64,000 nt of DNA from Epithemia pelagica. Lineage: Eukaryota; Protista; Bacillariophyta. The position numbers and the translations under genes are program-made. Under the pieces are notes generated by a model. It saw only the letters and a program-made list of their open reading frames with translations. It did no database searches and was not told where the DNA came from. This document shows, in pieces, positions 63,101 through 64,000 of this stretch (the stretch's first letter is position 1; every line of letters starts with the position of its first letter). The DNA is taken from NCBI GenBank assembly GCA_946965045.2, contig OX337233.1, positions 2,914,001-2,978,000 of the forward strand, written 5' to 3'.

Positions 63101-63449
63101 GAATGTTCATTCGAATGGATACACAGAACATGGCCAAAATGATGAATCGCTTGCTGCACTCGATTCGACGGATGAAATTCGCGAAGTTCCCACACATTTC
63201 CAACAAGGAGAAGAATCTACCACACTCGATGCATCGGGTGAAATCGTCGACGGTCCTGGCGATAGTCAGTATGATGAAGAAGTCTCTGCCCCACCGAGTG
63301 AAACAGATCAAATTACCGGCCCTTTGGAGCATAGCCAGCATGGTGAAGTCTCCACACCCGTTGAAGCGGTTCAAATTGTCGACCAACCGATGCAATCTCC
63401 TTTACTCTGTGCAACTGAGGAAATGCATGTCAAGTCAGACAGCAAGTGA
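60173..63449 (+). CDS. Class-C GPCR-like protein with a Venus-flytrap ectodomain and a repetitive acidic tail, paralog B2; exons 60173-60312, 60380-61362, 61437-61984, 62052-63449
   Basis: Exon 1 (CSVFVFAPFTSER) mirrors B1 (CSVVVFAPFTNAR). The spliced CDS is 3069 nt (1023 codons), with a 7TM region containing LFTKLWRVHKV. Confidence 0.85.
62761..63140 (+). repeat. 120-bp (40-aa) x ~3.2 in-frame tandem repeat in the B2 cytoplasmic tail
   Basis: Units start at 62761, 62881, 63001 and 63121 (partial). A degenerate partial unit lies at 62701-62760. Confidence 0.92.
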
Positions 63450-63636
63450 CGACGGGACGTGATGAAAAACAAACAATGGGCCTAAAAGTTCGTGGAGAGT
63501 TACGAGAGTCAAATCTCCACATATACTAGATGCTCGAAGCGAACAGATCGAGAAAGAGAACATTGCTCCTGGCACGACCATTCCTGAGTTGAGCTTTGAC
63601 TTCTGACGGTCCATGTTTGAGAAGGTCTCAAATTCG

Positions 63637-64000
63637 CTAGACAGAAAACAGCGTACGAACTTGCTGCGGGGTATGCCCCAGAAAAGAAACCTCATCGTAT
63701 CCACCAGTGGCGTCATTGACAATGTCCCCGTACATCTCTTCGTACTTTTCACAAAGACGATCGGCAATCTTGGAGCGCACTAACTTTCGGGTAGAAGCAT
63801 CTTTCACAACAGCCTCAAGTGACGGTATCAGGCTGGTACTGTACAACGATTTGTCAAAATCTTGAAAGGCGGCACCCAACGATTCTGCAGATAAACCTGG
63901 ATGGGACATCATCAACCCTGGGTCTGTGCCGCCCGATTGTCTCCATTGCTCCCATGCAGTTGTGACTCTACCCAGGCCACACAGTTGAAAGGCCTTTGAG
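63637..64000 (-). CDS. COG6-like (conserved oligomeric Golgi subunit 6) C-terminus; gene continues beyond the window
   Basis: The frame is open to the window edge (..CGLG..MSHPGLS..F..F..LY..IP..R..IA..YE.MY..GY..HTPQQVRTLF*). This resembles the COG6 C-terminus as I recall it. Confidence 0.6.
   Translation of the reverse strand, partial: SKAFQLCGLGRVTTAWEQWRQSGGTDPGLMMSHPGLSAESLGAAFQDFDKSLYSTSLIPSLEAVVKDASTRKLVRSKIADRLCEKYEEMYGDIVNDATGGYDEVSFLGHTPQQVRTLFSV

Overview
Eukaryotic, intron-containing, gene-dense DNA. It is most likely a pennate diatom; this is inferred from short GT-AG introns, expanded class-C GPCR-like genes and a diatom-type Copia element. The window holds about 19 host genes or gene fragments and three separate mobile elements. 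(1) A 915-bp non-autonomous hAT-type element (6005-6919) with 16-bp TIRs and an 8-bp TSD. (2) An apparently intact 7.9-kb tyrosine-recombinase retrotransposon with Ngaro/PAT-type split direct repeats (24461-32391, minus strand). Its gag and pol are in the same frame, separated by a single TGA, and its A repeat folds into a multibranch structure. (3) An 8.3-kb Ty1/copia element (38206-46484) with LTRs matching at 387/388 bp, a 5-bp TSD and non-canonical but self-complementary 5'-AG...CT-3' termini. Host genes include two head-to-head pairs of class-C GPCR-like receptors, ISWI, a Deltex-type E3 ligase, a CK2-beta-like protein, a bacterial-type adenylate cyclase, a P4H-type dioxygenase, an FMN reductase, DUF501, a nardilysin-like M16 peptidase, and partial DONSON-like and COG6-like genes. 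All alignments, splice sites and foldings were done by eye. Family assignments rest on recognised motifs, not database searches.
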